From positions 64,001 to 128,000 of the forward strand of contig JAXGYC010000008.1 in NCBI GenBank assembly GCA_040772485.1: a DNA stretch of 64,000 nt, in the 5' to 3' direction. The notes beneath the pieces are model-generated. The model saw only the letters and a list, made by a program, of their open reading frames with translations, did not search any database and was not told where the DNA came from. The position numbers and the translations under genes were made by a program. The DNA comes from Sedimentisphaerales bacterium. Its GTDB lineage: Bacteria > Planctomycetota > Phycisphaerae > Sedimentisphaerales > Anaerobacaceae. Below, one piece after another: positions 1-8,643 of this stretch; the first letter of the stretch is position 1; every line of letters starts with the position of its first letter.

Positions 1-1736
1 GCCTCATCGACCTCGTCGATCCTCCAAAAATAGGTGGTCGCCAGATGGAGGTCCGCCGGCGTGTAGCTCGCGTCCGTGACGGTGTCGGCCAGAGCGGCGC
101 CCTCGGCCACCGCCGCTTCGTCGGCGCTGAGGTGGACCTGGTGCATGGCCGCCCCGCGACCGGCCCGCCAACGGAGCGTCGCGTTCACCGCCACGTCCGC
201 AGCGCCGTCGGCCGGCCGCGGCTCACGAGCCACCACCGGAACGAACAGGAAGCGGACCTCGCTGAGGCCATACTGGCCCAGCAGGCCGTACCCGCTGCGT
301 ATGACGATCTTGACGAATCGGGCAGCGATGCCTCCGAGGTCAAGAGTCGTGTTGGCTGAGTAATCGCTCCTGGCAGTGGCCTGGGCGAATTGCACGTCGC
401 CCCAGACCGTCCAGTCCGCGCCGTTCTCGGAATACTCGATCGTGACGTCTTTGAGCCCGAAGCCCAGGAGCGGCTCAAACGGCACGTTGTAGTTCCACAC
501 CAGCATCTCGTGCAGCTTGTACACGTTGTCAAACTCGTATTGGATGTACACCGTCTCGGCGCTGGGCCCGACCAGCCACATGTCCGTGGTCTCGATCGAG
601 TGCTTGTCGTCGGCGTTCAATCCGGAGCCGTTGACGGTATTCTCCGGCCCCTGCCCTTCGCCGGAGGCCGCGTTGCTCGTGGCGATGATGTTGCGAATCG
701 GATACGCGAACGGCTCGACCGTGAAACTCCAGACGTTTCCTTTGAACGCGGTGTAGTCCGGGGCGCCGTTGACTTCATCGATCCGCCAGAAGTAGGTGGC
801 CCCATACGTCAGAACGTCACTGGGCGTGTAGGTCGTTTCCGTCTGGCCCTGGCTGGCCAGCACCCCCAGAGACGCCGCAGCGCTGGCCGCATTGACATCC
901 GCCCAACTCGTGCCGAAGTAGACGTCGTGGGTCACCGCCGTGTCCGTCGCCGTCCAGCTCAGGCTCGTGTCCCGCGCCACATCGGTGGCTCCGTCAGCGG
1001 GGATCGGAGACGTGGCCTTCGAAGAGGTGAGCCCTCTCATAACGTCTGTGATTTCCTCGACCGTCAGAGCGACATCGAACAGGGCGACTTCGTCGAGCAC
1101 GCCGCTGAAGAACTCGCTCGGCACACCGCCGGTCCACTGTGCGCCGATGAGAACCGGCGTCACGGTATCGGTATTCTGAGCGCCTCGCGCCTGTTCGGCA
1201 TCCGGAACGCCGTTCACGTAGATCCTCATTGTCGCCCCGTCGTAGGTCACCGCGACATGCCCGAACTCGTCGTTGGGCAGCGTCAGGCTGCCGGAATAGG
1301 ACCAGGGCTCGACTTCGCGATGGAAGGAGACGGTGCCGCCCCCGCCGATGCGGAGGATATAAGCGCCGATGACACCCGCGTTGAACTTGCTCATGACGGT
1401 GCCGCCGCCCCGGTTCTTGACCCAGGCCGTGATGCTGAACGGCGCGGTTCCGCCGAAGGCCAGGTTCGCGCTGGATTCGCGAATCTCCAGATAACTGGCG
1501 CCGCTGAACTCCAGAGCCGAGCCGTGGCGTCCCCCCACCCATGCCGGACTTGCCTTCAGATCGGCGTCGTAACCATGCCCCGAACTGTCTTTGGCAAGGC
1601 TGCCCGAGCCTTCGTCAAAGAGCCAGACCCCGACGATGGCATCGGGGTCCACCTGGGCGTTCCCTGGAGACAAGCACAGCAGACAGACGACGGCAAACAC
1701 AGCGTACACGGTTGATGATCTTCTCGCAGTAGCCAT
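1..1736 (-). CDS. Secreted LamG-like jellyroll / discoidin-like multidomain protein (3' end beyond window)
   Basis: Absent from the ORF track because there is no stop in the window. Read by hand: ATG at 1736 after SD AGGAGG, giving MATARRSSTVYAVFAVVCLLCLSPGNAQVDPDAIVGVWLFDEGSG... The frame matches ...YFWRIDEVDE at the window edge. Paralogous to 49875..52868. Confidence 0.85.
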   Translation of the reverse strand, partial: MATARRSSTVYAVFAVVCLLCLSPGNAQVDPDAIVGVWLFDEGSGSLAKDSSGHGYDADLKASPAWVGGRHGSALEFSGASYLEIRESSANLAFGGTAPFSITAWVKNRGGGTVMSKFNAGVIGAYILRIGGGGTVSFHREVEPWSYSGSLTLPNDEFGHVAVTYDGATMRIYVNGVPDAEQARGAQNTDTVTPVLIGAQWTGGVPSEFFSGVLDEVALFDVALTVEEITDVMRGLTSSKATSPIPADGATDVARDTSLSWTATDTAVTHDVYFGTSWADVNAASAAASLGVLASQGQTETTYTPSDVLTYGATYFWRIDEVNGAPDYTAFKGNVWSFTVEPFAYPIRNIIATSNAASGEGQGPENTVNGSGLNADDKHSIETTDMWLVGPSAETVYIQYEFDNVYKLHEMLVWNYNVPFEPLLGFGLKDVTIEYSENGADWTVWGDVQFAQATARSDYSANTTLDLGGIAARFVKIVIRSGYGLLGQYGLSEVRFLFVPVVAREPRPADGAADVAVNATLRWRAGRGAAMHQVHLSADEAAVAEGAALADTVTDASYTPADLHLATTYFWRIDEVDE

Positions 1737-1811
1737 GGCCAAATCCTCCTATCGCACCTCAGCCCGGAATCCCCCACGTGCCTTCACAGATCTATCCTCG
1801 GCACCTCCTCC

Positions 1812-1841
1812 ATCATATCAGAATCCACGTGCGAATCTCAA
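1812..1841 (-). promoter_or_regulatory. Putative sigma70 promoter for the LamG gene
   Basis: TTGAGA-N18-TATGAT with an extended -10 TG, about 75 nt upstream of the ATG at 1736. Confidence 0.5.
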
Positions 1842-1883
1842 CATATCCCCCATCCATTTCAGCGTCATTGCCCGGCACAGTGC

Positions 1884-1945
1884 CCAGGGTGTGCAACGCA
1901 CACCGATCCCATCGGGAGGACGAAGGTGTGCAATCGCACACCCAC
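1884..1945. repeat. Degenerate REP-doublet-like element (two GGTGTGC-N3/4-GCACACC palindromes)
   Basis: Palindromes at 1888-1904 and 1925-1942, separated by a 20-nt spacer containing TCCC-ATC-GGGA. Confidence 0.55.
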
Positions 1946-2011
1946 AGAGCTATCTCTTTACCCTACAGACACTTAAGTCCAGAGGCGAGTGGCAGCCGCA
2001 AGTCCCCAGGA

Positions 2012-2048
2012 CTTGGGGGTGGTTTCTATCAGCAAACCATCCCCCAAG
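2012..2048. repeat. Inverted repeat / hairpin in a divergent intergenic region
   Basis: CTTGGGGGTGGTTT (2012-2025) pairs with AAACCA(T)CCCCCAAG (2034-2048): 14 bp, one bulge, 8-nt loop. Confidence 0.6.
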
Positions 2049-2098
2049 CTGCGAGGCTGCCACCCTGCCGCGCTTTGCCGGTTTCGGGAAGGGCAAAC

Positions 2099-2127
2099 TG
2101 GACAACAAAGACCTGTGAGTGTAAACT
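2099..2127 (+). promoter_or_regulatory. Putative sigma70 promoter for the prepilin gene
   Basis: TGGACA-N17-TAAACT, about 47 nt upstream of the ATG at 2175. Confidence 0.45.
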
Positions 2128-2174
2128 GTCAGTAGCCGCTTTCGTCCATGAGGTCTCTTTTGACGAGGTGCAGC

Positions 2175-2954
2175 ATGACAGCCGCAAGACGTGCCTTCAC
2201 ACTGATCGAGCTTCTCGTGGTCGTGGCCATCATCGCCCTGCTCATGTCTATCCTGATGCCCAGCTTGCACCGGGCCCGCAAGCAGGCTCGTGCCGTCGCC
2301 TGTCTGTCCAACCTCAAGCAATGGAGCTACATCTGGCACATGTACACCGAGGACAGCAACGGCAAATTCAACACCGGTGGCACAACCGGCGGGGACGCGG
2401 CGAATGACTGGCTCGTCATCCTGATGCCCTACTACCAGGACCGAGGGAAGTTGACCATCTGTCCGGCCGCCACGCGCCCGATGGTCATACCCGGTCCCTT
2501 TGCCACGCGGGCCTGGTCCTGGGACCGGCAGGGCTGGGGCAACCTCAAAGAAAAGGAGACCGTCGATATCGGCAGCTACGGCCAGAACGAATGGATCTGC
2601 GACCGCAGCGCCGCCGAGTACTGGAGGGACCGCAACACGATCAAGGACCCGGCGAACGTGCCGCTGTTCTTCGATTGCGCGTATGTGGACGTGTTTCCGA
2701 CCGCCAATTCCGGCCCGCCGGCGATCGAGGGAGATGTCTCCGGCCTCAATGAGTGGGCCCTCGTCTGCATGGACCGCCACTCGGGGTACGTGAACTATCT
2801 CTTTGCCGATCTGAGCACCCGCAAGGTCGGGCTCAAGGAGTTGTGGACCTTCAAATGGACCCGCACGTTCAATACGTCCAACGCATGGACCACGGCCGGC
2901 GGCGTCAGGCCCGATGACTGGCCCGCCTGGATGAGGGCCTTCAAGGACTACTGA
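2175..2954 (+). CDS. Prepilin-type N-terminal cleavage/methylation domain protein (DUF1559-like pseudopilin)
   Basis: [39 protein letters not shown], and a C-terminal H-X9-D motif (RHSGYVNYLFAD). SD GAGG precedes ATG 2175. Confidence 0.9.
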   Translation: MTAARRAFTLIELLVVVAIIALLMSILMPSLHRARKQARAVACLSNLKQWSYIWHMYTEDSNGKFNTGGTTGGDAANDWLVILMPYYQDRGKLTICPAATRPMVIPGPFATRAWSWDRQGWGNLKEKETVDIGSYGQNEWICDRSAAEYWRDRNTIKDPANVPLFFDCAYVDVFPTANSGPPAIEGDVSGLNEWALVCMDRHSGYVNYLFADLSTRKVGLKELWTFKWTRTFNTSNAWTTAGGVRPDDWPAWMRAFKDY

Positions 2955-3373
2955 GCGTCCGCGCCGTTCGACCCGGAGGCTCATGCAGACACGATCCCAG
3001 GTTGACAGGTCTTTTGCCTTGACGGGAGGGTGCACGGCGCGGTATCTGGAATTCGCGAAGCTTGTGCGCGCGACGTCGGCCATTCGTAATCGGTGATCAT
3101 CCGGCCGACGCAGGTGTCGGAGTCTTTCGATGAGGAGGAATCAGGCCATGTCCTGCGAGGCGCCGAGTCGGGAGGGGCGACTCTTTGTCTCGCAGTTCAG
3201 CTATACCCATCTCAACTGATGGCTCGCCTTGTTTTCGGGAAGGAAGGAGGTGCGGTCCTACACAACTGTCCTGGGCAACAGTGGAGCAATCGCGGAATTC
3301 GGTATCCGTTGCTTTGGCGTGTAGCCAAGGCACAAATCGCAATTCAGGTGACCTTTCGGGGAGGAATACTGTC

Positions 3374-6022
3374 ATGTGTAAGAGATGGCTTTGTCTGGCT
3401 TCGTTTGCTCTGGTCCTTGGTCTGGCGTTTGCCGGCGGGACAAAGGCGGCCGATCCCAACCTTGTGGGATGGTGGCCCTTGGATGAAGGCGCTGGGGAGA
3501 CGGTCGTCGATCTGTCCGGCAGCGGCGGCGACGGCACGATCATCAACCCCAACGGCGGTATGGGACCGGACGGCTCGGTCTGGGTCGAAGACCCCGAACG
3601 CGGCATAGTCCTGAGCTTCAATGGCGTCAACGGCACCGGGGCCTGCGTCACTACCGGCGTGACGATCCCGGCCATGGACCTGACGACTGACTTCACGTGG
3701 ATGTTCTGGTGCAAGCAGGATGCGAGCCAGGGGTTCACTTCGGCGACCGGGGGCAATGACGTCATACTGGGCAACCGCTATGGCGGGACGGCCGCGCCGC
3801 TGCAATTCGTCAAGTTCACCCCGACGAATTTCGAGTTCTACAACGGCGATAACACCAACTTCATCACCTATCCGGAGGTGATGCCGTCCAGCGTATGGGT
3901 CCACAACGTGACCGTGAAGGACGGGGACAAGCTCACCTACTATCGCGACGGCTTCGAGGTGCGCTCGATCACGCTCACCAAGACAGTGGACGCCAACCCC
4001 TTCTACATGGGCGCCGATGGCTTCAGCGGCGTGCAGGAGGCCTGGTGCGGCTATCTGAGCGACGTGCGGATCTACAACAAGGCCGTGACGAGACTCGAAA
4101 TCCTGGCGGTCATCGCGGGCGTCGAACAGATCGACATGGAAGTCGGCTTTGCCATGGTGCCTCCCGTCATGGACGGCGAGGTCGATGCCATCTGGTCGGT
4201 CGCCTCGACGCAGTCTTTCGTTCCTCTGGCCGATCCGGCCAACGCCTCCGGCACCTGGAAGGTGTTGTATGACGCGGAGAATCTCTACGTTCTCCTGGAT
4301 GTCACCGACGACAGTCTGCAGAACGATTCGGCCGCAGCCTGGCAGGACGACAGCGTCGAGGTCTACTTCGACGGCGGCAACACCAAGCTGAGCACCCCGC
4401 TGGCAGGAGACGACCACCAGTATACGTTCGGGTGGACCGCAGACGACGTACAGGGAACCAACATTACAGGATACACCGAAGGCATTGAACAGGCTCAGGT
4501 AACCACGGCAACCGGCTGGCGCATCGAAATAAAGCTGCCCTGGCTGTCGATCCAGGGCGCAGCGCCGCAGGCGAGTGACTTGATCGGCATTGACTGCTAC
4601 TACAATGATGACGATGACGGCGGTGATACACGCGAAGGCAAGATGCTCTCCTTCTCCGCCACAGAGGGCTGGAATGACGCCTCTCAGTGGGCTACGGCTA
4701 TCCTGGCGGTCCCGCCGACTCCGGTGGACCCGGGCGTCGAGGGCCTGGTGGCCTACTACCCGCTGGACGCCGATGCCAGCGATGCGTCGGGCAACGGCCT
4801 GGACGGGGTCGTGATGGGCGAAACCCAACCGACCGATGGGGCCTCCGGCGGCGCGATGCTGTTCGACGGGGACGGTGACTACATCGAAGTGGCACACAAT
4901 GCCCTGCTCGACATCACCGGTCCGATCTCGCTGTCGCTGTGGATTCGCCCGGACGCCGAGGACCCGGAGGGCCAGGGCACCGAAACCGCGCCGATGGCCA
5001 AGGCCGGCAGCACCGCCAGTCCGCCTTGGAGCTGGCAGGTTCGTTACGGCTGGGGCAGCCCGAAACCCTACATGGCCTTCACGTTCAACACCTCGCCGCG
5101 CGCCTGGGCCTATGTCAACCAGAACCTGGCGCAGGGTGAGTGGCATCACATCGCCTGCTCGGCCGACGGCCAGACGCTGACGGCCTATCTCAACGGCCTG
5201 GCCACCGAATCGACGCCCATGGGCGCGATCACCAGCAGCCCGACGCCGGTGCTCATCGGCACGGATGGCTGGAGTTGCGACTGGATCGGCGCGATCGACG
5301 AGGTCGCCATCTACAACAGGGCCCTGTCGGCCGAAGAGATGCTGTACCTGGCCGGCTTCCGTGCCGATGCCGGAGAAGACCCGTCTCTGAGTATCTACTA
5401 CTCCTTCGACGAGGTCGGCGCGATCGTGCCCGATGAATCCGGCAACGGCAATGACGGCGCAGTCGTTGGCGACGTCACCGGTGCGGCAGAAGGCGCAGTC
5501 AACGGCGGCGCGAAATTCGCCAACGCCGGCTACCTCGACCTCGATGGTCCGAACGTCGCGGCCGAGGACATTCCCACCTCCGCCATGACGCTCGCCGCCT
5601 GGATGAAGTGTGAGAACACGGGCGATCATCACGCCGTGTTCAACGCCAGGGCGTCCGACCAGACGTGGGTGGTTCACCCCGAGGCCCGCAGCAACGGCGA
5701 GTTCCGATGGCTGCTGCGCTCCTATGGCGGCACGACGATGTTCGACATGAAGGCAGGCGCCGTGACGTGGGGTGAGTGGCTGCACTTCGCCGGCACTTAC
5801 GACAAGGCGTCGGCCAAGGCCGCCTTATGTGTGAATGGCGAACTGGTCTCCGAAGTCGACGTGGCAAGCCCAGCAGACATCGCCGGAGACTGGGGCATGG
5901 GCGCTCGTGTGGGCAAGAACATCGACGACGCGCGGCCCTTCACAGGGCTCATGGACGAGTTCCGCCTGTACACGCGGGCGCTGTCACAAGAGGAGATCGT
6001 GGATCTGATGGCAGGGATGTAA
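3374..6022 (+). CDS. Secreted LamG-CBM9-like-LamG-LamG protein
   Basis: Signal peptide MCKRWLCLASFALVLGLAFAGGTKA. Three LamG units ending in DVRIYNKA, DEVAIYNRAL and DEFRLYTRAL. A CBM9-like unit (PVMDGEVDAIW...WQDDSVEVYFD...IEIKLPW). SD GGAGG. Confidence 0.85.
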   Translation: MCKRWLCLASFALVLGLAFAGGTKAADPNLVGWWPLDEGAGETVVDLSGSGGDGTIINPNGGMGPDGSVWVEDPERGIVLSFNGVNGTGACVTTGVTIPAMDLTTDFTWMFWCKQDASQGFTSATGGNDVILGNRYGGTAAPLQFVKFTPTNFEFYNGDNTNFITYPEVMPSSVWVHNVTVKDGDKLTYYRDGFEVRSITLTKTVDANPFYMGADGFSGVQEAWCGYLSDVRIYNKAVTRLEILAVIAGVEQIDMEVGFAMVPPVMDGEVDAIWSVASTQSFVPLADPANASGTWKVLYDAENLYVLLDVTDDSLQNDSAAAWQDDSVEVYFDGGNTKLSTPLAGDDHQYTFGWTADDVQGTNITGYTEGIEQAQVTTATGWRIEIKLPWLSIQGAAPQASDLIGIDCYYNDDDDGGDTREGKMLSFSATEGWNDASQWATAILAVPPTPVDPGVEGLVAYYPLDADASDASGNGLDGVVMGETQPTDGASGGAMLFDGDGDYIEVAHNALLDITGPISLSLWIRPDAEDPEGQGTETAPMAKAGSTASPPWSWQVRYGWGSPKPYMAFTFNTSPRAWAYVNQNLAQGEWHHIACSADGQTLTAYLNGLATESTPMGAITSSPTPVLIGTDGWSCDWIGAIDEVAIYNRALSAEEMLYLAGFRADAGEDPSLSIYYSFDEVGAIVPDESGNGNDGAVVGDVTGAAEGAVNGGAKFANAGYLDLDGPNVAAEDIPTSAMTLAAWMKCENTGDHHAVFNARASDQTWVVHPEARSNGEFRWLLRSYGGTTMFDMKAGAVTWGEWLHFAGTYDKASAKAALCVNGELVSEVDVASPADIAGDWGMGARVGKNIDDARPFTGLMDEFRLYTRALSQEEIVDLMAGM

Positions 6023-6085
6023 CACCTCGTCCAGCGCAGGTCACGAAGCGCATGCCTGCGCCGGCCAACGACTCTATGTCGTTCC

Positions 6086-6124
6086 GAGGCCCACGCTGAT
6101 TCGCTCAGTGTGGGCCTCTTTTCT
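6086..6124 (+). terminator. Rho-independent terminator
   Basis: 14-bp stem GAGGCCCACGCTGA / TCAGTGTGGGCCTC with a 5-nt loop, followed by TTTTCT, between convergent genes. Confidence 0.8.
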
Positions 6125-6148
6125 ATGCGCCGCACGTGCGGCGAGCAC

Positions 6149-7546
6149 TCAGCGTCGCACGTTGATCTTGCCCAGGTCGTACCAGCCGTCCGACCGGCGG
6201 CCTTCGATGGCCAGCTTCACCGCAGGCTCATCGAAACGCTCGTCCAGAATGCCGATCTGTAGGTCGTACGTACCGTCGGGCGTATCGGCGGGAACCTCGA
6301 CAGAGCTGTCGTACAGGTTGTCGCCCGGCAGCCACGATCGCAGGTCGGCGCTGGCGACGACAATCCGCTCGTTCGTACGATTGTGCAGGCGAAACGCCAG
6401 GCGAAACGGCCGGTAGCACGGGGCGACGCCCTTGTTCTCCCACCACGAGGTGAACGTCAGCCTGCCGCCCGACTTCACATCCGAGGGACACGTGAACTTG
6501 CGAAGCACGAAGCGATAGCCCATTCTCGTGAGCCACCGATTCACCGCCGGCCACCACTCGTCGGGCACGGCAGACGATTTCGCGTTGAAAGAAGAGATGT
6601 GCCATTTGAGCGACTGCTCGATGATGTAGTCGACGTCCCAGCCCTTGTCCTTCCAGGTCTGCATGACCCAGCACACTTCCAGGCTGACCGGCGCCTTCTT
6701 CCAGGCGTCCTTCATCCCGAAGTTGATGATCGCCTGTGGGTAATAGTCGCACATGTGGCACCACGTCGGGCTGAAGCCGCCCATGTCGCCGAGGCAATCG
6801 ACCCGCCAGCCGACGTTCCGCTTCGACAGGCCGTAGCGATTCGTCTTCTCGTCGGTCAGGAGCATGATCAGGTGCGTCTTGCGAAAGGCTTCCAGATAGC
6901 TGTCCACAAGGGCTTCGCGCGTCTTCTGCGTCAGCCGCTCCGAGCCGGCGCCCTCTCCCCAGGCGCCTACGATGGCCAAGTCCACGCTCTCCAGCAGCGG
7001 ATGCCCATCATACCGGGCGCCCAGCGCGCGAATCATCGCGCCGAAATGCTCGACGTATCGTGGATCTTCCGGATTCGTCCGCCACTTCTCTTCCGGCTGT
7101 TTCTCCTCTTTGCCGACCATCTCCCGATACCAGTCGGGCACGTCGTTGTCAGCCCCTGTTCCATACGGGGCGATCCGCAGCAGCAGCGTCTGACGCCGGC
7201 TGCCCGCCGTCTCCAACGCCTTGTCGAGCAGCTCCCACCGATACTGCCCCTGCGCCGGCTCGATGAACTTCCAGTACACCCGGAAGTACGCCAGCGAGGT
7301 GTCCGGGTAGCCTTCGTTCTCGAGACTCCGGTCGAAGGCCTGATAGGCGATCGGGTACCCCTCCGTCCACCTCTGGCCCTGGTTCAGCCGGTCGCCGTTG
7401 AACCGCTGAAAGGTCATGAACCCGATTCCCGGATTCGTCAGAACATCGTCGATTTCCACGGGCCTGACCACGATGGTCTCCTGCCCCCGGGCAATGCACG
7501 GACACAGGGAGAGCAAGACCAGGGATACACTGCACATGGTACGCAT
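6149..7546 (-). CDS. Secreted DUF4832-domain putative glycoside hydrolase (beta-galactosidase-like TIM barrel)
   Basis: Signal peptide; NPGIGF, YFRVYWKFIEP, GAWGEG; C-terminal MGYRF...WENKGVAPCY typical of DUF4832. Confidence 0.7.
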   Translation of the reverse strand: MRTMCSVSLVLLSLCPCIARGQETIVVRPVEIDDVLTNPGIGFMTFQRFNGDRLNQGQRWTEGYPIAYQAFDRSLENEGYPDTSLAYFRVYWKFIEPAQGQYRWELLDKALETAGSRRQTLLLRIAPYGTGADNDVPDWYREMVGKEEKQPEEKWRTNPEDPRYVEHFGAMIRALGARYDGHPLLESVDLAIVGAWGEGAGSERLTQKTREALVDSYLEAFRKTHLIMLLTDEKTNRYGLSKRNVGWRVDCLGDMGGFSPTWCHMCDYYPQAIINFGMKDAWKKAPVSLEVCWVMQTWKDKGWDVDYIIEQSLKWHISSFNAKSSAVPDEWWPAVNRWLTRMGYRFVLRKFTCPSDVKSGGRLTFTSWWENKGVAPCYRPFRLAFRLHNRTNERIVVASADLRSWLPGDNLYDSSVEVPADTPDGTYDLQIGILDERFDEPAVKLAIEGRRSDGWYDLGKINVRR

Positions 7547-7611
7547 CGGAAGACCTCATTTCATGGGATCGTATGACATCGAACGGCTCGGCGATTTTCA
7601 CTTTTCGCACT

Positions 7612-7640
7612 TTGGCTGCGTGACCCGGAAACGTTATCAT
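7612..7640 (+). promoter_or_regulatory. Putative sigma70 promoter (probably leaderless transcript)
   Basis: TTGGCT-N17-TATCAT, ending 6 nt before the ATG at 7647. Confidence 0.4.
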
Positions 7641-7646
7641 ACCGCG

Positions 7647-8624
7647 ATGGCGTCAAACAGACCAGCGCTCCTGACGGAATGGCCGAGAAGAAGCAGTTCC
7701 CGGGGCCCATCTGCCCCGAACATTCTCATTGCCAACGAGAAGGCCAATTGGGGGCGGTGTCGACGCAAGCTCCGGCAGATCACCGATCTTCTCCGCAGCC
7801 AGGGATTCTCCTTTTCCCTGGCGACCAGCAACGGGTCGAGACACGCCGGCGAGCTGGCCGCAGCAGCGGCGGCAGACAACGCCGGCACGATTGCCATCGC
7901 AGGGGGCGACGGCACGGTCAACGAGGTGGTCAATGGCCTCTTTGCCTCCGGATGCGACCACGTGCCTCGGATCGGCATCATTCCACTGGGGTCGTCGAAC
8001 GATTTCGCCAAGAGCCTGGGGATTCCGCAGAACCTCTCGGAGGCGTGCCGAACGGTTATGAACGGGACCGTCAGAAAGGTGGACGTCGGCCAAGTCGGCT
8101 CCCACTACTTCTGCACGGCCTCGTGCCTCGGCTACTTCGCGGAGATTGCGGCACGGAGCCTGCAAATGACCAAGTTTCGCGGGTCGCTGCGCTACACGAT
8201 CCCGGCGCTGCGGGTGATCCGGGAAATGGCGTCTGGCTGGGAAATGAACGTGAGCACCGACACCAGGGTCTTTCATGGCAGCTATGCCGTGCTTCTGGTC
8301 GGCAACGCGGCGCGTTTCGGCGGGCTTACCATGTTGCCCGGCGCTCGGTGCGACGATGGCCTCTTCGACTGCCTGCTGATCGAGATGGCGGGCAAGTGGG
8401 AGGCGCTGCGCCTGATCCCCCTGGTCTACAGGAAGGCGCTGGAGCGTCACAGGAGAGTCACGCGATTCCAGACCCGGTCTCTTTCTGTATCGCTCGATCG
8501 TCCTTCGCAACTGTGCAATGACGGCGAGGTGTATCCGGCGCCGTTCGAGCAGCTTGACTACACGGTGCTTCCGCGAAGACTGCCCGTCATCTGCCCCGAA
8601 CAGCGTGATACCGCCCTGGCATAG
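7647..8624 (+). CDS. Diacylglycerol kinase family (YegS/BmrU) lipid kinase
   Basis: AGGDGTVNEVVNG, IIPLGSSNDFA, FGG and NDGE motifs. The start codon is uncertain. Confidence 0.85.
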   Translation: MASNRPALLTEWPRRSSSRGPSAPNILIANEKANWGRCRRKLRQITDLLRSQGFSFSLATSNGSRHAGELAAAAAADNAGTIAIAGGDGTVNEVVNGLFASGCDHVPRIGIIPLGSSNDFAKSLGIPQNLSEACRTVMNGTVRKVDVGQVGSHYFCTASCLGYFAEIAARSLQMTKFRGSLRYTIPALRVIREMASGWEMNVSTDTRVFHGSYAVLLVGNAARFGGLTMLPGARCDDGLFDCLLIEMAGKWEALRLIPLVYRKALERHRRVTRFQTRSLSVSLDRPSQLCNDGEVYPAPFEQLDYTVLPRRLPVICPEQRDTALA

Positions 8625-8643
8625 GGGCGACCGGCAGCCCTGG

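Noticed and set aside
2055..2115. GGCAAAC / GCAAAGC strings suggesting a c-di-GMP-I riboswitch (also near 35390)
   Set aside because: The required stems and motif order are absent.
2175..2230. Ala instead of Gly at the prepilin -1 position
   Set aside because: A|FTLIE is a common variant in this protein family.
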